Positions 41,434 through 54,765 of a stretch of DNA of 64,000 bases are shown in pieces. The notes beneath the pieces were generated by a model. The model saw nothing but the letters and a program-made list of their open reading frames with translations. It ran no database searches and was not told where the DNA came from. Origin of the DNA: Adineta vaga. Lineage: Eukaryota > Animalia > Rotifera. Made by a program: the position numbers and the translations under genes. Location: contig CP075495.1 of NCBI GenBank assembly GCA_021613535.1, forward strand, positions 13,268,001 to 13,332,000, written 5' to 3'. The stretch's first letter is position 1; each line of letters begins with the position of its first letter.

Positions 41434-42360
41434 CTAAGCAACAAAAAAAGCTGAATTCAATCGTAGTAGGGCATATTCAAAAGCATTATGAGGATCATGC
41501 AAATTTACTTCTTTATGAAATATTGCATAATTATTCGTACGAAATAATTCAAATAATCGATGTGTACGTCGACTTGTTTCTTCATTGAGACCGGCACCAA
41601 GATGAATTTCAAATAAAATCTGGCGAATATAAGGTTTATTACTTTGATTCGTAACTGAAGGATCAAATAATTCTTCAAATAAATTAAATTCACTACCTTC
41701 AATATCAACTTTAAGTATATGAATTTGTCGTTTTTGATGACCAAGTTCTTTCATAATTGTCTCTAATGATTTTGTACCATCATTCTTTCCACTACCTAAA
41801 CGAGTTTGATGAAATATACAAACATTTTCAGGACATTTAAATAATCCCATGTCAAAGGTATGAATTTCTGCTTTCAGTAATTGTTCTTTCGTTGCACGTT
41901 CAAAACTAAAATCACCATTCGAACCAAATGAATAGATCAACAAATTAGTATCATTCATCTGTTGAAATCGATGTATATCACAGATCCATTTCCCACCATC
42001 TCCAGTATTGCCAATCCGTCGTTCAAATTCACAATGTATCGTTGGTTCCCAGTTATTTTGAAAAAACATATGACGTCTATCTGTTATACGATTTCGTTTA
42101 TCTTGTGATCGATGTATTGTTTTTCGAAGGTTCCAATCGGAATCTGATTCGCAAAACCATCCATCAGATTCATTCATGGACAATTGACACTGATAAGGCG
42201 TGCTTGTTGGCAGTGACCTACATTCTATGATCGGTGATAATGGTTTGTAATCTATCGTCAAATAATATAGAATGATGATTACAATAACAATCGGTGATAA
42301 AAATATTAATGATTTGCCAGTAAATGTGGAACAAAAGTTTTTTGTCATTGAATTGAACAT
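41434..42360 (-). CDS. METTL24-like type II membrane methyltransferase copy 3, uninterrupted CDS
   Basis: TM anchor plus the same motifs as copies 1 and 2. Confidence 0.85.
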   Translation of the reverse strand: MFNSMTKNFCSTFTGKSLIFLSPIVIVIIILYYLTIDYKPLSPIIECRSLPTSTPYQCQLSMNESDGWFCESDSDWNLRKTIHRSQDKRNRITDRRHMFFQNNWEPTIHCEFERRIGNTGDGGKWICDIHRFQQMNDTNLLIYSFGSNGDFSFERATKEQLLKAEIHTFDMGLFKCPENVCIFHQTRLGSGKNDGTKSLETIMKELGHQKRQIHILKVDIEGSEFNLFEELFDPSVTNQSNKPYIRQILFEIHLGAGLNEETSRRTHRLFELFRTNNYAIFHKEVNLHDPHNAFEYALLRLNSAFFVA

Positions 42361-42627
42361 TGATACTAAATCACTATATGTTTGCTGGATTAAAGACTAA
42401 ACAGAAAGAGAAATATATATATCGTGTCGAAGTTACTGTAAATGATATAGAAATATTTTTTGCTGCTAAAAACCATCAAAACTGTTTTATATTACATTTT
42501 CAAAATCATTTTTTACGATTAAAATATTAAAATTCATTTTTAAATATTCTGATCAACATGTACATATTCAAAAACTCAAAAATACACATATTTCTTAATC
42601 AAAATTATTGATAAATTATGATCGTAT

Positions 42628-42917
42628 TAGTCCCGATAGCAAATTGGGGCATCACTTTAAGTTGGGTGAACACTTTTCCGAAACTCTGTACATTTGTTAA
42701 AATATTTAAAAGTGAATTTTAATATTTCAATCGTAAACAAATGATTTTGAAAATGTTTGTGCAAAATTTTATACTTTCTTCGAATTAAACTATGAGTTTG
42801 GGTGTATTTATAGTAACAGCTGAGCCCACACCTATCGATACCCAAAGTTATATTCGAAGAAAGTATAAAATTTTGCACAAACATTTTTAACTGTCCCAGA
42901 ATTTGTTGCCAGGGCTA
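42628..42917. mobile_element. MITE/foldback-like element with internal 36-bp perfect inverted repeat
   Basis: 42750-42785 is the exact reverse complement of 42852-42887. Degenerate outer inverted ends are tagtcccgatagcaaattgggg and cccagaatttgttgccagggcta. Confidence 0.6.
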
Positions 42918-45900
42918 TATAATAGGTTTAAGTCTCAGGAGACGTAACACTCTTTTACACATTAAAAATACATTTATCAAATGAGGAAAAACATGAATCT
43001 TCCCTTCTGTCAATTCGTGTCGATTAATAGTAATCAATAGAATGAGGAAGACTGATTTGAATAACAAATAGCGTTTATTTCTCGTTAAAAATTATCTCAC
43101 GCTGTTACGCATGTAGAAAGAGAAGCTAATAAACCAAATACATTTTTCATTCGATTGCATTACAACTAAGAGAAAAATATTCAGAGACTTTTCCCTTAAC
43201 TTTCGAATTGTCTGGTATCTCAAAACAAGATTCTTGCTGATTATGATTTGATCGATACTGAAACTATCTAGATGCAGACTAATTCTAACATCTACTGATC
43301 GGAAATTACAATAAAAACGATTCAATGCATCATTCTAACGATAAAATTTTAATCTAAAACAATTTTATATAATAAGCTTAGAAAATCTTACACAGGCACA
43401 TCGTGAAGCTTTCGAGAAATTTTACTATTGCAAAATTCTCCAGAAAAGAAAGAATGTTTGTTTCATCAGCCATTCTTTATCTCTTTTATAAACAGAATCG
43501 AACGAAGAATATTAAATCCGAACAAATACGTTCAAAGATATTATCGCACTTCAACAATTATTAAAAACCTTATATTTGAAATTGTTCTTACCTTTTAATC
43601 GAAATAACAATTATTATTAAATTTACCAATAAAATGCATGGAAATGTCAAAATGATCTTTATCTTTTTGTAAAAGTCATTTTTGATTTCATTTGTCTTGT
43701 TCTCTCTTTTTCCTATCAATAATAAATCTACTTAGCTCCTTCTTCTTTTCTATTGTAAAATTAAAGCTGAGAAAGAATGGGATATTTTTAAATTTGAAAG
43801 AAAATTTAACTATGGATATGATTATTTAACATAACAAGAAAACAGAACTGCAAAGAGAACATCAGTCTTTTTCTTATTTCTTAAACTAATATTTATATTC
43901 TATCATTATACGATCTAAGATTACCTCTTTCTTTTCATGCAAATATCTATTTCTTTTGCTAGAAATATCATTTTTTATTTCCCTTTCTCAAGTTGATATT
44001 TGAAAGAAGAAAAAAACCCTATTTTTATTGTTTGAATTATTCATATAATTGATCTTTATATGTTATATTGAGAAATTTGACCTGATTGAGTACAAAACAA
44101 AGTGCATTTAACAACGATTATTTTTTCTTCAAATAAATATTTTTCTTTACTTCTGTAAAACAATCCTCAAAAATATAGAATGCATTACGCAGGAGAACAA
44201 TCAAAACTCATACTCAGATTTCGAGAGCAAACTATCAACAGCTGTATCTGTTTTTTTCTTTAAAACAAATTATTCAATCATAAATTATGTAAAAACCATT
44301 TTCTTTCTTCTTTCAAATATTTATTATAATCGAACTGATTATTCTACTAAAAAGTGTACTTAGATGATATTGATATGCAAAGAAACATGTGCTTGCAATT
44401 GGATCATCATCATGATCACAGATGTGTCCTTCATTTGAGGTGTCCTTTACAAAAGAAAAGTCATAAGATAACTTCCAATCAAAATAGACGTTATCCTTCG
44501 AATTTTTCAACTAGAATACTAAATTTAAGCTTAACATCTATTTCCAATCGAAATCGATCATGATGATTTTCATGAAAGAATACAAAAACAAACTGTATTT
44601 CAATATCGATCGAAGATATTCTATGTTGACATCTACTATTTCTATTGGTAAGACTCTACATAGATCAAACCATGACTGATGTGTCAGAGAATTGTTTACT
44701 ATTAAACATTTCATCGACAATCGAATTTCTTCTATAAGCAAAAAAAACTACACAATCATAAAAACTCTCGTCATTCTTTATTATCTTTGCATATCCTTAT
44801 ATAACTGTTAGTTCTACCGAACATATATTATGAAGTAAACTAATAATCTTTTCATTCAAAAGTGCGAAAGTTAATTATGATTGCTTTGAGTAAAAAGCAA
44901 AGTAAGAGTATTGAGAGGCACCATGTCGACTTACTATTTTCTTAATTCGATAAGGATAAAAAAACGAAAGTCAATTTTATGATTATAATCTTCTACAATT
45001 CACTTTTTTTAAACACAAATAATTATAAAAGATTCAATGATAAATTATCAAGTGTACTTCTGAACTCTTTTATGATCTCAATCAACTTCTAGTTATACTA
45101 GTTTCTTTTCTTTACAATCAGATTTGCCTTTATTAAATCACCATAATTTCTCTCAATCGATGATACTTCAATTCTAGGAATAAAAAAAAAGAACAATAGT
45201 TCGATAGAAGATTATGTGACAATGATTTCCGCTTCTTCAATCATTAATTTCATTAAGTACGAAAAAGATTAATGTTAGAATTCAGTTAACACAAAATTGA
45301 TTTATTTTATCAACACAGTTCATATTTAAATCTTCCTACGACAATCATAAGAAATGACTCGAAAATGTTAAGTATCATATCTAATCAGTTTATTCGAACT
45401 AATTTATCAAGCGAGTAAAATCCATACTTACTATTGTTTGCACTAGTTTTTAGTGAATTTGAATAAATTGATAAGTTCAAATACAAATGAGATATGTGTA
45501 TAGAAGAAGAAAAAAAAGGTTAGGTTCGATGAAAACTTAAAAATTATCTGGCAAATAATACGAACCATATAGAGGCAATCAAGTAAAATCAAGCAATTAT
45601 GAAAAAAGTATGTCATTAGATAGTAAAAAATTAATTTAGCAGAAGAAAAAACTCGTTTTCACACATGAATAAGATCTTTAACCATATTTTTATCCGTATT
45701 TTTTTAATGGAATATCACATCTATTTTAATAAGAAGAAAGATTTATTCGAATACCTTTCCAATGAATGAATGAAATGAGTACATCTTCAAGATAAATTCT
45801 CATGAAAAAAGAAACCGAGATCAAATTCTATATAGATTATGTCAATTCAGTTACATGAATAAAAAAATGTAATAAGCGGAATAATCTTATGTCCATGGTG

Positions 45901-46704
45901 TTTGTTATTTTGTGCAATTGATTGGAAGAAATTCTCTTTTATTTAGATAATTAAAACCTAAGAATAATAGACAATTCAATTTCTTTAGTATTGTTTAGAT
46001 AATATCTTTGTTTTCGAAATCAACATTCAATTAATATCTGTATATGTTTTTTTTCTTCTAACCAAAAGAACAAGGAATCTATTCTTCAGTTATCTTTCCG
46101 ATAAAATAGTCGACATGATGTAAGAAAAATATATCTATGTAACCTTGTAACAATTGTTTTTCTTCTCTTCTTCGACTTCTACATAACATTTACAAACAAG
46201 GCAAACAGATGAGATGAGACATTTGATGTATATACTCCATCGATGCTATAGGATATATAATCAATTGAAGGTGGAATATCATTGAGAGAGGAAGCAAATA
46301 ACGAGTTCCAATGAATAGATCATGTTTCATTCGATAGACGTATCAAATAGAGAAATGACTCTGATATATTTAAATCTCGTTTTTTTTCTTCAATAAATTT
46401 TTATCATCAACCAGCGGCATCTTGATTATTTGAGGTCACATTGTAAATAAAATGAACCAATCGATATATGTGCCCTCTTTTGCCTTCCGGTTACCGTTCT
46501 CTTCTTTTTTTTTCCTCTACTGTTCTTTTATTCATAATCTGTTCTTACACTGTATCATCATGTCTATACAACGCATGCGTTTTTTTTTCGAATACAACAA
46601 AAAAGAAAAAGAAAGATCATTAGGAATTGCCAATTTCTTCTTTTTGTTCTTTAGATTAGCCAGTTGATTGTGAAGCTTGCCCGTCCAGAATATTGGACGT
46701 GACA

Positions 46705-49700
46705 ATGAATACGAGCTTCAGTAATGAATTACAACAATTACAAATGGAGCTTCGTATGTGAATTTTGTTTAACTTTATTTCAAACATAATAATTCCTTTT
46801 AGGTGCTCAAAATTTTGATATAATTCGTTTTTCAACCTATCGAACGGCTTGTAAATTACGTTTTATTCAAAAAAAACTTAATTGTAAGTTATAATTATAT
46901 CATTGATATCATTTCAATTAAATTCAATAATGTATGACACGAACAAAAATGACGTTCTCTTTTTTTTATCACAAGGTGTCAATCTTTTATCATTTGACAT
47001 CTTGATTCATTGTAATCTATTGATTGCATAATGTATTCAATGTGAAAATTGAGAATAATTGATATTTTTTTTTCTTTTAGTTCATCTTCTCGATTTATTA
47101 AATGTAATTGAATCACTTCGAGAATGTTTAACATGGCCATCATCGGAATTAAGTTCCAATAGTTTATCTCCAAGTAGTCGTCGTACTCCCACACCAATTT
47201 CATCAACAAATGAACAATATCTTTCAATAAATCGTTTACAAACATTTTTAACATCGATCTATACGAATTTAAATAAACGTTTACCATCATCTCAACAAAT
47301 TCTTCATATTGAAAATTGTGTTCATTCAGCTATTGCTTGGTTCTTATATGTTTATAATAATAATGAATCATCCAATAATTTCTCTATACGTTTTAATTCA
47401 TTTCGCGTTGTCTTAGTACTCTTATGTACAGGTAAATTAGTTGATAAAATGCGTCATTTATTCACATCTTATCTATTACCATCATCGAACACATTAACAC
47501 ATATACAAATTGATGAATTGTTACATGAAATACTTGCCTTACCATATGCTTTACAAGAAATTTCACATTCAACATATCGAGCAAATAATGCACAATTAAT
47601 ATTTTCACATTTATCAGTAACATCAATAAATCTCAATGAATTTCTTGATACATTAATTTACAATGATACAACACCAAATTGTTTACAATGGTTGATTATA
47701 TTTCATCGTTTGATAAGTGTAGAAAATGGTAATAAAAAAGAGATTTTTATTTATTTCGAAAAAATAATTTCTATTTGTAATTGTTCTTGTAGTTATTCAT
47801 CGTGTAAAATGTTCAGCTTGTCAACGTGCATCATTTTCGGGTTTTCGTTATAAATGTCAACAATGTCATGATCGAACATATCAATTATGTCAAGATTGCT
47901 TTTGGCGTGGACGAGTTTCAGATAATCATTTACCAACACATGAAATGAAGGAATATACATTTTTTACGTCACCTGTTAAAGAATTTCGACAATCAATTCG
48001 AAGGTAAAATATATTGCCTATCTTCTTTGCATTTTATTTATTAAGAATCGGAATTTCTTCGTTAATTTTGAATAGATTTTTCTTTCCGATTAATCTCTTT
48101 TTGATCATTATTAGAAAATGAGAAAAGAAGAAATTCAACATTTCAGATATAAGATGAGTGCATGTTTTCTTATCAATGAAATTGAATCTCATGAGAAAAA
48201 AAGATTTCATTCTTTTTTTCTCTATTTATCTATTAGATGCATTTGATTAGCTTTTAAAATAGTTAATAATGCTTTCGTGCATGGTAACTCGACCACTAGC
48301 TGATTGGTCGAGTTGCTTTTCTCTGAGGAAACGGACGGAACTAGTTAAAAGTCAACCGGAAGCTTTCTAAAGTCAGAGAACCTATAGCAACACTTTAATA
48401 TATATATATATATAGTTATAGATTTGATATGAAAATAAGTTAGTTTATTTCTTATATAATTTCCAATGTCGAACCTTCTTAATGACAATTGACATATTCG
48501 AATGTATAAAGAATGTCTTCTTTTCTGTTACACTGTATTGATTAAGAAGAATAGTCAAAGATTTAATCATTTGAATGATGTCAGAAAATCTTTTATGAAT
48601 TATACTCTACATTGAATACATTTGTATCTATATTTGTAATATAGACATTTAGAAAATTAATGATTAGTCTGAACTATGTTTCCGTTCAAATTACTATGAC
48701 GTTAAATACTAGTTTGAAACCTAGAAAGAAAAAGGTATAACCTATCTTTGAATGTATTGACTTATTCTGCCATTTTTATATTCTCAAAAGAATACCGAGA
48801 TTAAAAAAAACAACGTTATTCTCACTAAGTTGAAAAAGAATATTCATGAAGTAGAATAGAAACCGACAAAGAAAATGATTATTTCTTGAACTGATTCATT
48901 TACGTCATATTTTTCTTTGAAAAAAAAAGCTGGTGAAAATTTTCTTATTTGGATAAAAATGTATTTTCTTGTAATAGATCATTTCAATGTATGCCAAAAA
49001 GTGAAGAACGTCGTTCAAATATTGTTTCATCATCTACATCTTCATCACCTCGATTCTTTTCATGGAAATATCGTAACAGTAGTGTAAAACGACATCAACA
49101 GCAGTCTCAATTACAACAGCAACAGCAGACTCAACAACAACAACAGCAGCAGCAGCAATATCATCATCATCATCAACAACAGCAAACGCCAATATCTATG
49201 TCATCACCATCGAGTCCATTAATGATGGAAAAAGAACAAATCTCATCATGTTCATCACCACAACTCGTTCGACTTAACACACCAAAACCAACACATTATG
49301 ATGATCAACGTTCATTAACATTAACCAAACAAAATGGTCGAAAAATAGATGAAAATAGTAATCAATCGGATATGGATGAACACATTCAAATTGCCTTATA
49401 TGCTCAACAATTGGCAGCTATCGAAGATAAACAAAAACAAAATCCAAGTGGCATTCCACCACCAATACGCTTTCCATCATGTCCAATGAATTTACAAATA
49501 AATAATCAATATCATCCACGAATGATGCCAACAAGTGGTACACCATCAACAATGGTTCCCATGTCATCCATCCGATCAATGCATATGGATCATCAAAGTG
49601 CTGAAAAACGTTTAATTATAACGAAACTTGAAGCAAAAAATAGGTAAAATGAATTAATGAAATATTCATTTCATAGACTAAACATATAAAGGGATCAATA

Positions 49701-51453
49701 AGTATGAAAACGATTACTCAAAGGAATCCAATAAAAAAAGATATTGAACTAATTTTAGTCAATAATAAATTTACACATGAGATCAAAATAGAATTGTCCA
49801 GAGAATATTTGTTCTTTTGTTCATCATATGAAACATTTCATACATAAAGATCAATTTTCTTCTATCTCATCAATATATTTTTATTTATAAACATTAATAA
49901 AAACAATAACATTCGTGTCATACGGGAATTTTGTTTTTAGTTTTCAAAAAGAAAAAGAAAACATTGTTCCTCTAAAGAGATACTATTGGTTGAAATCAGG
50001 ATAATTATTGATTCAATTTCCTAATTATTTTCTCTAAATACCTGTCTACATTTGACATGACATTCGTTTTTTTCTTTCTCTCTTAGACGTATTCTTCGTG
50101 AAATTAATACATTACGTGCTCAATTAAAACGTCGAAATTCACTTGATTATGCTAATGGAAATTTGCCAAATGATTCACATGCGTTTAGTGACACCGATAC
50201 GGCTACAAATGGTCTTTATCCATCATCACCTGGTCTTTCATCGTCAATGAATCGTCTTGAACAACGTTATGCTCAAACATTACCACATCAACGTTCAAGT
50301 CCTCGTCATGAATTATCATCTTATCATCATTATCAACAATCAAATCCAGCACGTAGTCGTATACATCAAATGAGACGTGCAGGTTCAACAGAAACAAATC
50401 CATATCTCGAACATGAATTACAAACATTATTATCACGAAAATTTCAATTAGAATCACGTATCGATCATTTACAGCAAAGTCGAGAAGAATTGACTACGCA
50501 ACTAGATACACTAGGTAGAATTTTACGTTCGTCACCTCATTCACATCAACGATCAGCAACAACGAGTCCACATGGTCGTTTAAGTGTTTCACCATCACGT
50601 ATGGTTTATCATACACATGGAAATTCATCCAATACACGTAAAAGTAATACAAATGTTTCCTTTCGAAGTTATTCAACACCACCAACACCAATGCATGATC
50701 AAATGACAAAAACAGCACCAATAACAGGTAATTCCTTTCATTTCAATATTTTTCTGAATACAATCTTTCATTCCAGAAACTAATATCACAGATTCACCAT
50801 CGATTGGTCAACATACAAAATCTTTACGTACTGATCTTCTCATTGCTGCAGATTCTTTGACATCAGCTATGTCATCTCTTGTTCAACAATTGAACACAGG
50901 TATGAGAGATAAACATTTCATATATATTTCTACTTCTTATTCTCTATAGAGAGTACAGAATCAATTCCAACAACAGTTGAAAATTCTCCTGATATCCAAA
51001 CTAATAATGAGACAAACCTAATTAATGAAATTAAAACAAATCATATTGATCAACAACAACAACAACAACAACAACATTCGTAAGAACTGAATTTTATGAA
51101 ATGAATAGTTCATATATTCATTTCTTTCTAGAAAAATCAATTCAAATAAGATTAGTACGAATAATAATAATAATAATAATGATATTATTGGAAATGATAG
51201 TGGAAGTCGAACAGATGAAGAATCACTTTTAACTTCGGATGAAGATGATGAAAGACAAGAAGAACGAACAACCGATGATGATTTGCTGAGAACCACTGAT
51301 GATGATGATGCTAGCGGAGGTGCTCATGCATTAGATTCATTTAATCTATCATCCATGAAACGCAAAGTATGACATCAAATGTTTGTTTGTTTTTTTCAAA
51401 TTATATTTCTTTCTCTAAATTAGGCACCTTTAGCAAGCGAACAACAACAGTGA
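46705..51453 (+). CDS. Dystrobrevin (dyb-1/DTNB-like), multi-exon
   Basis: [27 protein letters not shown]-hand region, ZZ finger ([23 protein letters not shown]...[10 protein letters not shown]), [10 protein letters not shown], coiled coils ([21 protein letters not shown]) and [21 protein letters not shown]. Confidence 0.93.
49096..49184 (+). repeat. CAA/CAG/CAT coding repeat (polyQ/polyH) in dystrobrevin
   Basis: Encodes [30 protein letters not shown]. Confidence 0.85.
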
Positions 51454-51983
51454 TATTCTTGAATAGATCTCAATTTACCTATACTTTTTGTTGTGTCTAC
51501 ACCTTCCATGTTGCCAATTTATTTCTTCAGGGATTGATAAAATAAAAAACATATGTTTCATTTTTTTTCCTTTGTTTTGCTTTTCTTTTTGTTTGTTTGT
51601 TTGTCAATCTTTACTATTTGTTGTTCTTTTCTGTTTAACAGACGGGCGAAAGAGAGAAATTTACATTATTGAAAAACAAATAATTGATATCTATACTTGT
51701 GTTTTTTTTGTTGCAAAAAAAAAGAAATCAAACATGCTTTCCTTTTCTCTGTCTCTTTTCTCTTGTGCAGTGGTAGTGTTTCGCTGATTTCATATTAATC
51801 TGTTTCTTTTCTATTCGTGTTTACTTCTTTCGATACTTTTGGATCGAATTGTTTGTTTGCTCGTTGTTTTTGTTGTCTATTTATTGATTATATGTTTTCG
51901 AATTGAAAAATTTACAACAGAAGAAAAGAAGAGAAAGACAAACGAAATTTAGAAATAAATAAATATTATAAATATGTACTCAT

Positions 51984-52661
51984 TCAAAAAAGACAAAGTA
52001 AACCAACAATGAACATTAAAAGAAATTCATTTACATGTGTAGTTATACCATGATTAGATAGTCCCACCGTGGTATTGGTTGATTTTAACGTTACAGAACT
52101 ATTTGTCATATTCAAATATATCTCAAAATCAGTTGTAGATGAGCTAGTACTTGTGGGAAAAGTTGTGGTTGAAGTAGAATCTTCTGTTATTGATGTTGTT
52201 GTATCCAATGTAGAGTTTGCTATAGTAGAATTAGAATCTTCTGTTATTGATGTTGTTGTATCAAATGTAGAGTTTGTTGTAGTAGAAGTAGAATCTGTGA
52301 TAGAAGTAGAGTCATTGCCATTGCTTGTAGAATTTGTCTCAGTTGAGGTGAAGTTTGATTCTAGTGATATCGAGCTTATAGTTGATGTAGATTCTATTGG
52401 ATTAGTTGTAGAATCTATTGTTATACTAGTATCATTGCTGTTTGAAGTGATATCTGTATTATTGGTTTCACTAGATGCAATGGTAGTTGTGATTTCAGTT
52501 GTATTAGTGTCATTCATTACATCAGGTGCAATGATAGTTGTAGTAGTGTTCATAACGTCCCCGGTGATCGTAATACTTTGTGCATCTATATTCGATATTG
52601 ATGCGATCAGTAGTACAGTAACTAGTACTTTGAACAAAATGCTATTGCGTTGATGTAGCAT
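51984..52661 (-). CDS. Mucin-like Ser/Thr-rich surface glycoprotein, probably GPI-anchored
   Basis: Signal peptide, S/T/N-rich body with many NxS/T sequons, a 57-nt internal duplication, and a hydrophobic C-terminus with no cytoplasmic tail. Confidence 0.8.
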   Translation of the reverse strand: MLHQRNSILFKVLVTVLLIASISNIDAQSITITGDVMNTTTTIIAPDVMNDTNTTEITTTIASSETNNTDITSNSNDTSITIDSTTNPIESTSTISSISLESNFTSTETNSTSNGNDSTSITDSTSTTTNSTFDTTTSITEDSNSTIANSTLDTTTSITEDSTSTTTFPTSTSSSTTDFEIYLNMTNSSVTLKSTNTTVGLSNHGITTHVNEFLLMFIVGLLCLF

Positions 52662-54765
52662 AATTCTAATTTCTAAAAGAAAAGATAATAGTGATTAGCT
52701 TAATTGTTCATTCAGTTGAGAAGTGTATTGTGTTCTGTTCTTGTTCGTCTTAAAAGTTTCTCTTTTGGATCGTTTTTGGGAAAAGAATTGTTTAATGACT
52801 ACAATTAACTCATTTATGTAAAGTATAGAAAAGACATGATTTCTAAGCTCGATATTCTTTTCGTACTATGCAAAGCAAGTTCGTAGATCTATTCATACAT
52901 TGAAAGTAATTTCTTAGTTAAACATCAGATTTTCCAATGAGAACAATCGGTGTGATATAATAAGATACTTACATTAATTTAATATGTAAATTTGTGTGTT
53001 GTACGAATGTCGATAAAACAGTTTCATGTATATAAACGGTTTTGCTTCTCTTTTTATACGGAACACGGAGATACCGTTGACGTCAAAGAAAATTCGTCAT
53101 TCATAACTATTTAAAAATCTGTACCAATTAACCATAGGTGGGGAAGGAGAAATAGTATGTTGATGAGTCATCTATTATGTATATTGTTATTATATCTATT
53201 GTTTCTATTTTTCACATATGAAATTCGTATCTAAAATTATCCATGTACTGCGGAGGCTTACGTACTGATTTTTCTCTGATAAATTTCGTTTTTTCAGTAT
53301 ATATGACGTCACCCTAATCGGTGAACCTTAGCGTACGAAAAGTGAATATACGCTAATACTTCTAGCTAGTGTAATGCTTTTGAGACGTTATTACAACTTA
53401 TCAGTATATTTAATGTTTTTATATTTTCAATAAATTAATATGAAGAACATTAATTCTAAAAATGACTTGAATTGATAAACTATGAGTTGAAATGATTATT
53501 CAAAAGGAATTTTATAGATACAAATAAATCGCGAAGAAACATGTATAGAAACATTAGTAAGTTATACATTTTTGAATCTTATATCTATTTTATTTCCAAT
53601 ATATACTACAATCATTTTTTTCTTCTCTTTCTTGATTCACTAACACTACTTGATGACTTTGTTCAATGATTAGAATGTTAATATGAAATATGTGATGAAT
53701 AAAGATTCAGATGGTTTTACTTATAATGAATGTTCCTTTATATAACCCATTACTTTCCTTAATGGAAGTACGTATGAGTGCGTAGAGTTCATTGCACTGA
53801 TTTTTAAATACTGACGTATTCAGAGTCAATCGAACTTTCTTGAAACAGATTGGCATAAGCATCAATTTACTTTTACGAGTGATATTTTTTATCATATTAT
53901 CGTCGATTGATAAATGACCTTATTTTAGATTTGAAGTAATATTCGAATGCTTAATCAAACAAGAAAAAGTACATTCATTCGTTCTTCGTCATATTTACGA
54001 CGGAATGTGTAAAAAAAACTTGATTAGTATGAAAATACTTTTGACAAGCATGATTATTTTGTAAGAGATTCATATAAGATTTGTTTCTGATGCGCATATT
54101 TCCGAAGTAGTCTGTCTCTTGTAAAAGGTTAAAGATACATTTAAAGTATCATTACATTGAAAATATCAAATTCATTAAAATAAATATCAATGAATGACAG
54201 TTTCATGACGATGAGCCCTTTTCTTTGATTATTTACTATCAAAGTGTCATAATATATCTAACTTTGACATCAAGGCTTTCGAATAGAAGTCATAGTATGA
54301 AAGAGAGAAGATCTAATCAATAAACTAGAGAAATGCAATCAATTGAAAAAAGTCTATTTCCAATTCAATAGTTAAATTATGATTGTATAACATTAATTTC
54401 TCGTAAACAATGATAAAATCAATTTTTCTTCCAAACATTCTTCGTCAATGATAAACTAGAATAAACAATATCTTATATTTAATATTACATCATAAGCCCG
54501 TCTAATCTATCTATCTTATACTATATTAATTCCATATATTACTAATGAATAGTTCCTTTTCCTGTTTTGTAAAGGTTCACTTTCTATTGAATCAATGATA
54601 AGAAGCTTTTATCGACTAAATCTTCGATGAGTAGAAACAGAAGAAGAAAAATCATGATGAATCAACGCATTGCTTTCTTTTAAAAGATTTTATTTAGATA
54701 AGAATGTTTATGTAATGCTTGACATTGTTCAAAAAAAAGAAAGAGAAAAAATTTGTATTGGAATC

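Noticed and set aside
48320-48360. Hammerhead-like CTGAGGA
   Set aside because: No GAAA after a closable stem II, and no stems I or III.
52069-52653. 194-aa Val-rich plus-strand ORF
   Set aside because: Antisense shadow of the Thr/Ser-rich mucin codons.
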